Origin: Candidatus Latescibacterota bacterium
GTDB taxonomy: Bacteria > Latescibacterota > UBA2968 > GCA-2709665
Reading direction: 5' to 3'
Assembly: GCA_965205485.1 (NCBI GenBank)
Contig: OZ242180.1
Location: 3,840,001-3,904,000, forward strand
Length of the DNA: 64,000 bases
The notes under the pieces were generated by a model that was not told the DNA's origin, did not search any database, and saw only the letters and a list, made by a program, of their open reading frames with translations. Within the stretch, counting starts at the first letter, position 1; each line of letters begins with the position of its first letter. This document shows, one piece after another, positions 20,101-27,915 of this stretch. A program made the position numbers and the translations under genes.

Positions 20101-20461
20101 CGGGAAGGTCGTTCCTTACCTGGTCGAGACGGTCCCGGACGTGGACCGCCATGAGGTCCATATCCGTATTGAGTTCGAATTCCAGCCGGACGTAGCCCCG
20201 ATTGGCGTACGATCTTGAACTCAGCTGCTTGACGTGGGAGAGTGTACCCATCACCTCTTCCAGCGGCTGGACGATTTCCCGTTCGATTTCTTCAGGCGAT
20301 GAAGAAGGGTAGTCGACGTTGACGTACATGACGGGAAACGTGATGTCCGGCAGGTATTCGAGCGGCAGCCGAAAGAGGGAAATCGCCCCCATCACGACGA
20401 CACTCAGGGTAATCATCACCGCCGTGATGGGTTTACGTATGGCGTATTCGGAGATTTTCAT
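17195..20461 (-). CDS. RND-family efflux transporter permease subunit
   Basis: N-terminal AIRKPITA..LPLEYLPDI, YPSSSPEEIE, GMLVDPAVVALENI, GIVVNNGIVLVD, RLRPILMT. 1088 aa. Confidence 0.93.
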   Translation of the reverse strand: MKISEYAIRKPITAVMITLSVVVMGAISLFRLPLEYLPDITFPVMYVNVDYPSSSPEEIEREIVQPLEEVMGTLSHVKQLSSRSYANRGYVRLEFELNTDMDLMAVHVRDRLDQVRNDLPDDVERITIRRWNTEDFPVLTYALSWQGQDQSELASVYEYTILPRLQRLEGVGSVEVRGLREKDLLIEVDQNLLHTHNLDIRALNRAISSNNVNVSAGYVNEAEKRLAARTIGEFENVDQIRRLPLRTGVEVGDVADVTYDFPVEEDFERLDGRNAVTIDIRKSSSANLVATADRVKAEFERIRNDIGVEKLRAQPIRDRSLDVTTGIHSLTQSAMMGGFLAIIVIFVFLRNFRSTLIIGSAIPISAITVFMVMYILRQVFGSNITLNLMSMMGLMVAIGMLVDPAVVALENIFRKRYDEGQTTWNAALEGSREIGIPVLAASLTTVCVFVPIIFVTDSRSALFMRDFALTVCISVGASFCVALSLIPLAASRAFNESASRLDRWLKFAFAILFLGLCGYVVYAEGLRETASWLREGSDSMLAGLAAIPAVAWLLLFVLLGVVGSLFYFSRKTRGIRYLYSRLVVNTLRYRWTTVSIACGLLGAGYYFFTQIEQQPYRWQPTRRVDISVELPRSYDIQDALALFERIEGILLPQKDNLDIAAMSSRYSDRRSNRITLYLVPPDESRLSTDEVKRKVKNLLPRDIPGVRFKSGRTWGSSSTGAGVEIKGRNPDVLAMLAEDIRLRLQGIRGVHEVETSLESGNEEIQVIINRRRARRYGLTPWQVATTVASALGTRGNSKFKTENGEIDIAVQLKEEDRATLEQLRNTYFESETGNMVSFASLADFRVRKGPQALERENRMSTLTVFANTEQQAVFSVGREMSMRMRAIPLPPGYSWQMDRRFRWMNQEQGETNLTMIFAALLVYMIMAALFESYAHPFTIMFSICFAFIGVSFALYAFNIPMDSNATYGLLILFGIVVNNGIVLVDHINRYRKQGLYRRDAIIRGGQDRLRPILMTATTTILGLTPLVLPMIYGTAEGTARRWGPIGFVVISGLMVSTLLTLVILPTVYSLMDDLASYMKRTVATVRGA

Positions 20462-20526
20462 TGAGGATCGCCTTTGTTAACTCGCACACATTCGAATTAA
20501 CGTCCCCGAAAAAAGACGGTTCAAGA

Positions 20527-22377
20527 TTAATTGTCGTCTTCCCGTTCGCTCAACAGATCGCCGCGCTGGAGCCGTTCCGCGTTCTCGGTGGACCACAGAA
20601 TGGCCTTCATGACCTTCTGGGCGGTGATGTAGCGCGTGGCCGCCAGCAGATGCATCCGCTTTTCCTCCGGGTCGTCTGTGATTTCGAAGTGACGGAACGC
20701 CACTTCCAGGACCTGGAACATGTGCAACTCGGCGTCTTCCCTGAGCATGATGTGGGCGAGGGCGTGTTTCAGGCGGGTCATGTCGCGTCCTTCTTCCAGG
20801 TACTGATTCACAAGTATCTCGGCTTCGTACACCTTCTGGAAATCCGCGAATTCCCGCAGCCGGTCGAGCATCCGGTCTTCGGATTCGAATGTACCGTTGA
20901 GCCGCTGGCCCGGCTTCGGCACACGGGCGGCGGGCATATTGAGCCAGCGCAGATAGGTGAGAAACACCGCGCCGTGGAAAATTCCGCGGAGCAGGTCCCT
21001 CGACGGGGCCCGCTGAAATGCACGGTACAGCGCATGCGCGTAGGAGTAGATGTTGGCCACGTCGTGCCAGTCGCCTTCGTTCTTCAGGTGAAAGCGGGCC
21101 GTACGGATGGCGCCGGCGTAGACCATGGATCTGCATATCAGGGCAGGATCGACTCCCCGCCTGAGATGGGCTTCGATTTCAGAGACGATGGGGGCTTCCT
21201 CTTCGCCAAGCATGACCTGAGCAAAGGCCGAGACGTCAAGGGAGGCCTGGTTTCTCCGGTTTTCCCGCCAGATGTCGTCCAGACGGGTGAAGACGTCTTC
21301 CAGTACCGGCACGCTCTCCTGCCAGCGGGCCGTTTCCTCGTGGCGCGTGCGGGTGACGAGGTCGATGACGATCGGGCGCAGGATTTCGCTCGCCCCTTGC
21401 CATTCAACGTAATCCAGGGCCTCGAATAGCTTGTTGGCAAAGTCCAGCGCATGGCCGTCGCCGGTAAAGTAGTAGTCGGTTGCGGCCGTGAAGACCAGGT
21501 CGGCAATGGCCTCCCTTGGAACGCCGCGGTCGTTCAGCGTGATCAGAATTCGCTGGGCCGCGTTGCTGTTACGCTGTTCCACCAGTCGTCTGAACCAGCG
21601 TTTGTACGTTGCCAGATCGGGCTCGTCGGTTGCCATGGGAAAGGGAAATCCCTGCCTGCGGGAGCCGCCGGTGGTGCGCCTTGAAATCTGCACGAGGCCG
21701 TGAACGAGAAACAGGTTGTAATCCCGGTCGGCGATGTCGTGCCAGAGGTTGGCGCAGAGCGTCAGGATGGCCAGCCCCGACGAGAACCCCTCAGTGGTCT
21801 TGTACGATCCGTAGAACAGCCCCTGTTGTATGATCTCCTGGGGCGACGCGCCGGCGTGACGCAGTGCCGTCACACCCTTCGCGATAATGAGCGAGCTCCT
21901 GTCTTTCAGGCCCTGTTCGAGGATATAGCGTCCACGGTCGATCATCCTCTTGCGGGCAGCCTGCCGTTCGTCAGCCGCCATGCCAATGTGGAGGAAACCG
22001 TCTTCCCTGACCTCCACCGGAAAGCTCTTCAGGTCGTTTCCCGAGCCGGACGTTTCGAAGCAGCCGCCGGTCTTGAGGTCGAATTCCCAGTGATGCCAGT
22101 GGCAGATCAGAACGCCGTCGCGGACGCTGCCCTTGGACATGGGATAACCCATGTGCGGGCAGCGATTGTCAACGGCCTGGAATTCACCGTTGTACAGGAA
22201 GACGGCAATGTGGGAGCCGTTGACGGTGAAGGGTTTGCCTTCCCCCTCGCCGAACTCATCCGCCCGGCACAGACGGTGATAGACGAGGTTGTCAGGATCG
22301 ACGTCGTCGCGGGGCGCCTGCGGGATCATTTCGCCGTCGAGCGAGGCCGGCGCGGTGCCGTGTGCGGTGTTATCCAT
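20527..22377 (-). CDS. Rieske [2Fe-2S] domain fused to a large helical domain
   Basis: NRCPHMG...ICHWHHWEFD Rieske motif in the N-terminal ~130 aa; the remainder looks alpha-helical. AGGAG SD precedes ATG 22377. Confidence 0.85.
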   Translation of the reverse strand: MDNTAHGTAPASLDGEMIPQAPRDDVDPDNLVYHRLCRADEFGEGEGKPFTVNGSHIAVFLYNGEFQAVDNRCPHMGYPMSKGSVRDGVLICHWHHWEFDLKTGGCFETSGSGNDLKSFPVEVREDGFLHIGMAADERQAARKRMIDRGRYILEQGLKDRSSLIIAKGVTALRHAGASPQEIIQQGLFYGSYKTTEGFSSGLAILTLCANLWHDIADRDYNLFLVHGLVQISRRTTGGSRRQGFPFPMATDEPDLATYKRWFRRLVEQRNSNAAQRILITLNDRGVPREAIADLVFTAATDYYFTGDGHALDFANKLFEALDYVEWQGASEILRPIVIDLVTRTRHEETARWQESVPVLEDVFTRLDDIWRENRRNQASLDVSAFAQVMLGEEEAPIVSEIEAHLRRGVDPALICRSMVYAGAIRTARFHLKNEGDWHDVANIYSYAHALYRAFQRAPSRDLLRGIFHGAVFLTYLRWLNMPAARVPKPGQRLNGTFESEDRMLDRLREFADFQKVYEAEILVNQYLEEGRDMTRLKHALAHIMLREDAELHMFQVLEVAFRHFEITDDPEEKRMHLLAATRYITAQKVMKAILWSTENAERLQRGDLLSEREDDN

Positions 22378-22424
22378 CCTGTGATCTCCTGTGTTTCGAA
22401 ATGGTGTTTTCCGTCGTCTGCACA

Positions 22425-22453
22425 AATATACCCATGGTCGCAGAGAATCGCAA
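22425..22453 (-). promoter_or_regulatory. Putative sigma70 promoter of the Rieske gene
   Basis: Minus strand TTGCGA-17 nt-TATATT between the MITE and the gene. Confidence 0.45.
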
Positions 22454-22470
22454 TGCGCAATGACGCCTAG

Positions 22471-22631
22471 TGTCCTGTCCCAAAAATTCCTCACCATTCG
22501 ACCGACGATTCATCCCGTCTCGCTACGTTGCCCTCGCTCGCCGACCATACGCAGGTCGCCTGCGCTCAGGCGCCTTGCGAGCCGGGCGACTCGGCGGTCG
22601 AATTCAGGCAACTTATTTCCGGGACAGAACA
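22471..22631. mobile_element. MITE-like non-autonomous element, copy 1 (161 bp)
   Basis: Imperfect 17-bp TIRs TGTCCTGTCCCAAAAAT / ATTTCCGGGACAGAACA, flanked by CTAG on both sides. Internal long hairpin. Differs from the copy at 60891 at 9 positions. Confidence 0.85.
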
Positions 22632-22693
22632 CTAGCAGGTCCCGGCGAGCCAGCGAATGCGCCCGACCGGAACTCCCGGGATCCAGGCGGCAA

Positions 22694-23200
22694 TCAGATC
22701 AATGTTTCCACAAACGCGCGGCTGACCGGATCCAGTCTCCTGTAATCCGGGATCTCGTATCGGTTCCCGTCCGCGTCTCTCAGAAGAATCCGGCCTCCGG
22801 ACATGATGCGTATGTCGCGTCTCCGGCTGCGGACCTCGAACACGCGGTGGCCGCTGTCGGTCTCCACGTCCCATTTCGGGATGTGGAAGTTTTCCTCAAG
22901 CTTGTTTACCTGAAGAATGACCGGCGCGAAATACGTACGTTCCAGGTCGGACTCCAGGATGGTGCGGCTTTCTTCATCCAGGCCTGCAACGTCCCGGATC
23001 ATTCCAATCTCCGAGCCGTCTTCACCCTTGAGAACGATGAATTGACCGGCAGCCGTGAGCGGAAACGCTCGAAGAGCCGTAACCTGCAGCCTGCCGCCAG
23101 CGTGATCGAGGATCAGGTCGTTGAATTCATCCAGAAAGAGTCTAATCTGACCGGGATCCAGCAGCGAGAGTTCCTGTTCGAGGTGGTATTCTTCCTGCAT
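22694..23200 (-). CDS. DUF1854-domain protein
   Basis: RAFPLT, EIGMIRD, TYFAPVI, WDVETDSG, DADGNRYEIPD. Directly downstream of an ABC transporter. Confidence 0.8.
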   Translation of the reverse strand: MQEEYHLEQELSLLDPGQIRLFLDEFNDLILDHAGGRLQVTALRAFPLTAAGQFIVLKGEDGSEIGMIRDVAGLDEESRTILESDLERTYFAPVILQVNKLEENFHIPKWDVETDSGHRVFEVRSRRRDIRIMSGGRILLRDADGNRYEIPDYRRLDPVSRAFVETLI

Positions 23201-23239
23201 GACGTTTCACCCGGACCGCGGTCAGTATGAATACGAGGA

Positions 23240-25609
23240 CTACCAGGCGCGCAGTTTGGACATTTCGGTCTGCATGCGGCACAGGCGGGCATAGATCCCG
23301 TCCTGCCTGATCAGGTCGTCGTGGGTTCCCATTTCCGCCAGTTCGCCTTTGTCTAGGATCAGCAGACGGTTGGCATTTTTCAACGTCGACAGGCGATGAG
23401 CGATTGCGAAGGTGGTTCTTCCCGTGATCAGACGCGCGATGGCGTCCTGTATCTGGGCTTCGGTCTCCGTGTCGACGCTGGCCGTTGCTTCGTCCAGGAT
23501 GAGAATGCGGGGGTTCCTCAAAATAGCCCGCGCGATGGAAAGGCGCTGGCGTTCGCCTCCTGAGACGCGAAGGCCCCGTTCGCCCACCGACGTGTCGTAG
23601 CCTTCCGGAAAATCCAATATGAAATCGTGTGCATTGGCCGCCTTCGCCGCCGCGACAATCTCATCCAGCGTGGCATCGGGTTTGCCGTAGCCAATGTTCT
23701 CCGCAACCGAACCGTTGAACAGAAACGGGTCCTGCAGCACCACGCCGATCTGGGCCCTGAGGGACTTCAGAGTGACTTCCCTGATGTCCTGTCCGTCGAC
23801 ACGTATTGTGCCGTTCTGAATATCGTAAAAACGGCAGATCAGGTTGATGAGCGTACTCTTCCCGGCGCCGCTGTGGCCGGCAAGCCCGATCATTTCACCG
23901 GGTTCCACCCTGAAATTCACGTCTTTGAGGATGGGTTTGCCGGGCTCGTACGAGAACGTGACACCGGAGAATTCCACCGAGCCCGAGATTCGCGGCAGGG
24001 TGACGGCGTCGGGCCTGTCCGCGACGTCGGATTGGGTATCGAGGACTTCGAATATCCGCTCGGCCGACGTTGCCGCGCGCTGGAAACGGTGGTTGAGCCG
24101 GCACAGGCTTTCCACCGGACCGTAGAACTGCCACATGTATCCCGTGAAGGCCACGAATTCGCCGATCGAAAGGGTGCCGCCAAGGACTTTGTTTCCGCCC
24201 ATCCACCAGATGATCAGGGTGCCCAGAGAGGTGAGGAACGTCATAATGGGCGTAAAAATGCTCCGAACCCTCGCTACGCGGATTTCGCCCGAGAGCAGGC
24301 CCCAACTCCTGTTCTCGAACTTGCTTACCTCACGCTTTTCCTGGGCAAACGCCTTTACGACACGCACCCCGGGGATCGTATCCGCCAGCAGGGCGTGAAT
24401 GTCCGCCCACCGTCGCCAGAGCCCATGATAGAGGTCGTGCAGCTTTCGACCGAATTGCCGTGTAAACAGGATCAGAAGGGGCGTGGGCAGCAGGACGAAC
24501 GCCGCCAATCCGGGATTCAGGGAGAAGAGAATGATGCAGATGATGACGATCGTGGCGATGTCCCTGATGATTTCCTGGAGGCCGTCCGAGATGAAGTCCT
24601 GAAGTCGACTCACGTCCTGTGTGATATTCGACATGATTCTCCCGGTTTCCCGTTCATTGTAGAAACTGAGCGAGAGATAGTGGAGATGTCGATAGACCTC
24701 CTTGCGAAGGTCGAAAGTAATTCTCTGACCGAGCTTCGCAAGGAGATACGTGCGAACGGCGCTCAGCCCGTTTCGGGATAGGTTGACCAGCAGAAGGAGC
24801 AGCACCAGCACGGCAAGCAGCGTGCTCCGGTCGGTCCCCGCGGGAGGCGCCTGATCCGGCGCCTCCCGCCTCGGAACTGATGATCGCGGCTCGGGGGGAA
24901 TCAGCGACGCCGCCGGCGTCGAGCCGCCCCGGTCGGCCACGAGCACATCATCGATCAGGGTACGCATCAGCAGAGGCGGCGTCAGGCCGATGAACGTGGC
25001 GGTCAGCAAGAGGAGGAGACTCCCCACGGCCATCTGCCAGTACGGCTTCGCGTAGCCCAGGAGGCGAACGAACAGCTTGCGTGAATCCAGACACATCGGA
25101 CAGACGCCCATCCAGTGCGGGATCACCTGCTGGCATCTCTCGCAACGCTTCCTGCGGCCCGCGAATACGTCAACGCTGGAGTTGACGATCCGCGTGTCAT
25201 CGGGTACCGGTTTGGCCTCGCGGATAAGCCGCTCGATCTGGGGTGGAATCCGCGTAAACTTGGAGAGCAGGGACTTTGTAAAGAAGGCCAGGGAGGCGCC
25301 GCTTCCCGGTGTCGAGACCTTCAGAACTCCGCTGCCGAAGAGTTCCCGGACTTCCACACGGTCGATGTCAACGAGCGGAACGCATACGGTCTCCGGCGGA
25401 TCGGGATCCGATGGGCTGATTCCGATCAGCCGGTGCCGGGTCGCCACGAGCCAGGCTGCCCCATAGGAACCGTCGAACCTCAAATCGGCGGCGGCGGAGA
25501 GGAGGATCTCCTCGTCAGGTCCGAGCACTGCGCGCGCGGCGGCAAGAATGTCTTCGGGGACTTCCTCGAGGAACGGCGTTTCAGCGGAGAGTTGTTCAGG
25601 CGTGTTCAC
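23240..25609 (-). CDS. Fused TMD-NBD ABC transporter with N-terminal domain and CX2C-X10-CX2C zinc ribbon
   Basis: Walker A GHSGAGKS, signature VSGGERQR, Walker B ILDEAT, AHRLST, and CERC...CPMC before TM1. GTG start at 25609 is inferred. Confidence 0.9.
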   Translation of the reverse strand: MNTPEQLSAETPFLEEVPEDILAAARAVLGPDEEILLSAAADLRFDGSYGAAWLVATRHRLIGISPSDPDPPETVCVPLVDIDRVEVRELFGSGVLKVSTPGSGASLAFFTKSLLSKFTRIPPQIERLIREAKPVPDDTRIVNSSVDVFAGRRKRCERCQQVIPHWMGVCPMCLDSRKLFVRLLGYAKPYWQMAVGSLLLLLTATFIGLTPPLLMRTLIDDVLVADRGGSTPAASLIPPEPRSSVPRREAPDQAPPAGTDRSTLLAVLVLLLLLVNLSRNGLSAVRTYLLAKLGQRITFDLRKEVYRHLHYLSLSFYNERETGRIMSNITQDVSRLQDFISDGLQEIIRDIATIVIICIILFSLNPGLAAFVLLPTPLLILFTRQFGRKLHDLYHGLWRRWADIHALLADTIPGVRVVKAFAQEKREVSKFENRSWGLLSGEIRVARVRSIFTPIMTFLTSLGTLIIWWMGGNKVLGGTLSIGEFVAFTGYMWQFYGPVESLCRLNHRFQRAATSAERIFEVLDTQSDVADRPDAVTLPRISGSVEFSGVTFSYEPGKPILKDVNFRVEPGEMIGLAGHSGAGKSTLINLICRFYDIQNGTIRVDGQDIREVTLKSLRAQIGVVLQDPFLFNGSVAENIGYGKPDATLDEIVAAAKAANAHDFILDFPEGYDTSVGERGLRVSGGERQRLSIARAILRNPRILILDEATASVDTETEAQIQDAIARLITGRTTFAIAHRLSTLKNANRLLILDKGELAEMGTHDDLIRQDGIYARLCRMQTEMSKLRAW

Positions 25610-25786
25610 GTGAGATCCTGATTTCACGAATCGAGGGCTTGGGATAGCGCCCATTTGAAGCGCTGGCGCCGCTGAAAAAATAACCCGACACCGACCGGGA
25701 GTCAAGCGCCGAATCGTCGAGCCGGGGCTTCGTTCTACGTTTTGCGGGCGTTGTCCGGCATCGAAATTGCCAGAAAAACAGGATAC

Positions 25787-25815
25787 TTGCCGCATCCCTT
25801 CAAAATACCTATAAT
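25787..25815 (+). promoter_or_regulatory. Putative sigma70 promoter of the glycosylase gene
   Basis: TTGCCG-17 nt-TATAAT. Confidence 0.55.
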
Positions 25816-25834
25816 GGATGGCGAAATGGTTGAA

Positions 25835-26857
25835 ATGTCAACAAAACACCGCCCGCCGGAGCGCGCACGGTATGCCGCGGACCCGCGGGTACACCGAGCC
25901 TCCTCCCTCCAACCTGTAGCCGGCCGCATCGAAACCAGGGAATTCCATCTGGGGTATACGCTGGCCGGAGGACAGGTCTTCCGGTGGGGACGGGACAGAG
26001 ATGGATGGTGGAAAGGCGTTGCCTACGACACGGTGTTCCATCTGCGCCAGGCGGGCGATACGCTGCTGTATCGCGCGGGGGCGTCACGCGTAGCGACCTA
26101 TCGGGGCGAGATGACCGTTGCGGAATTCCTCGAGTGGTACCTGAGGTTGAACGAAAGACCCCGGATTCGCGTCCCACGAAAAGACGGGTACCTGCGCCGT
26201 GCGAGGGATCTGCTGAAGGGATTCCGGTTTGTCCGGCAGATGCCCTTCGAATGTGTGATTTCGTATATCCTGTCGGTGCAGGCGCATATGAATCTGACAA
26301 AGAGGCGGGTCAATTTTCTGGCTGAGTCATGGGGCCATGAAGTCGAGTTCATGGGAAGCAGATACTGTACGTTTCCCGAACCCGATGCATTGGCCCGTCT
26401 GAAGGGTCCGTACTTCAGGGCCAACCGCTTCGGATGGCGGTCTGAACGCGTGGCCGAAACGGCACGGTTTGTTTCCCGGTGCGCGGGAGGCGATCCGGGT
26501 GCGTTGTCCCTGGAGGACTGGCGTGAAATCGTGGACGCATTGAAAAAACAGGCCGGTACCGGCGTCGGTCTGAAGGTCGGCAAGTGCATCGACCTTTTCG
26601 CGCTGGACCGGCTCGATGCCGTGCCCGTGGATACCTGGGTACTCAAGCTGGCCCGCGAGTGGTACGATGTCAAGGGATCGGACAAAAGGATCTGTGAGTG
26701 GGCGGAGGCCCGCGGAGGCAGGTACGCGGGATACATGAACGAGTACCTGTTTGCGTACTATCGGGAGTTGAACGGCGCTTCCCTGGACGACCGGGTCATC
26801 TCGTTCTGCGCTTCCGATGCGCCATCGGCGGAGCTGCCCATGCTGGATGACGGTTAA
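25835..26857 (+). CDS. 8-oxoguanine DNA glycosylase/AP lyase (OGG1-like, HhH-GPD)
   Basis: OGG N-terminal motif LGYTLAGGQVFRW, PFECVISYILS, HhH GVGLKVGKC with catalytic K, and VPVDTWV with catalytic D. Start is uncertain. Confidence 0.82.
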   Translation: MSTKHRPPERARYAADPRVHRASSLQPVAGRIETREFHLGYTLAGGQVFRWGRDRDGWWKGVAYDTVFHLRQAGDTLLYRAGASRVATYRGEMTVAEFLEWYLRLNERPRIRVPRKDGYLRRARDLLKGFRFVRQMPFECVISYILSVQAHMNLTKRRVNFLAESWGHEVEFMGSRYCTFPEPDALARLKGPYFRANRFGWRSERVAETARFVSRCAGGDPGALSLEDWREIVDALKKQAGTGVGLKVGKCIDLFALDRLDAVPVDTWVLKLAREWYDVKGSDKRICEWAEARGGRYAGYMNEYLFAYYRELNGASLDDRVISFCASDAPSAELPMLDDG

Positions 26858-26997
26858 CGAGGGTACGCCCGTCCGCTGTTGCCGCGCCTGCGGACGGCAG
26901 CGCGGGCGATACGTCTCCCCGGTCCCGCCTCCAGTCCGACGATATCCGTTTGGCGATGTCGTCCTTTACCCGATATCTCGATCGAACTGCCTCCGAA

Positions 26998-27915
26998 ATG
27001 ATACACGTATCGGTCATTATCCCGACATACAACCGCTCGGCGTTCCTGAAAAGAACGCTGGAGCAGGTGTTGCGCCAGTCCTACCCCTCGTTCGAAGTCA
27101 TCGTCGTCGATCAGACTGAAAAACACCCGCCCGAGATAACGAAGTTCCTGGCGTCCATCCGCACGCGCATCCGGTACATTCAAACGGAGACCGCGTGCGG
27201 GACCCGAGCGAAGAACCTGGGAATGAACATCGCTCGCGGGGAGGTGATTCTCTGCCTTGACGACGACGTTGACTTGGCTGGCGAATTCATCTCGATGCAC
27301 ATGCGCAACTATGGTTCGGGGGGCGTCAGCGCCGTGGCCGGCCGAATCATCAGTTCGCGAAGCCAGGGACGTCGGGAGCCGAAGCGTTGCGGCGTCGTGA
27401 CGTGGTACGGACACGTGATCTCGAATTTCTACGCGACCCGGCGCCGGAACGTCACGCATGGCGGGGGTGGCAATCTTTCCTTTCTCCGAATACAGGCGCT
27501 GCGCTGTGGAGGGTTTGACGAGCAGTTCGCCGGCAGCCAGCTTCGGGAGGAGACGGACTTCTGTCTCCGCTATCTCGAGCACGGAGCAGGCCGCATGGTC
27601 TTCGAACCTGAAGCCGTGGCCTTCCACCACGCGGCACCTTTCGGAGGCTGCCGCGTATCTGATCAGGCGGCCGACCCGCTGACGTATGCCAACGAGTTAT
27701 ACTTCTGGCTGAAACACTGTGACGTACGGCTTGTGCCGTACTTTGTGCTGAATCTGTTCGTCCGATTCTTCATTCTACGCGGTCGCTTTGGCGCGGCAGG
27801 CTACTGGTGGACGATGCCGCGGAAGCTGCTGGCGCTGGTACAGGGAATCCGCATGGGGATGGATCTGTATCGAAAAAATCGCCGGGGGGCCAGGCCTGCG
27901 AGGCGCAATGGCTGA
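26998..27915 (+). CDS. Glycosyltransferase family 2
   Basis: VSVIIPTYNR, EVIVVDQ, LCLDDD, GGFDEQF, EETDFCLR. Confidence 0.92.
   Translation: MIHVSVIIPTYNRSAFLKRTLEQVLRQSYPSFEVIVVDQTEKHPPEITKFLASIRTRIRYIQTETACGTRAKNLGMNIARGEVILCLDDDVDLAGEFISMHMRNYGSGGVSAVAGRIISSRSQGRREPKRCGVVTWYGHVISNFYATRRRNVTHGGGGNLSFLRIQALRCGGFDEQFAGSQLREETDFCLRYLEHGAGRMVFEPEAVAFHHAAPFGGCRVSDQAADPLTYANELYFWLKHCDVRLVPYFVLNLFVRFFILRGRFGAAGYWWTMPRKLLALVQGIRMGMDLYRKNRRGARPARRNG

Noticed and set aside
22391..23230. Plus-strand ORFs reading through the MITE (also 60670-61281)
   Set aside because: Their shared peptide comes from the repeat itself, shows no transposase motifs, and overlaps real minus-strand genes.
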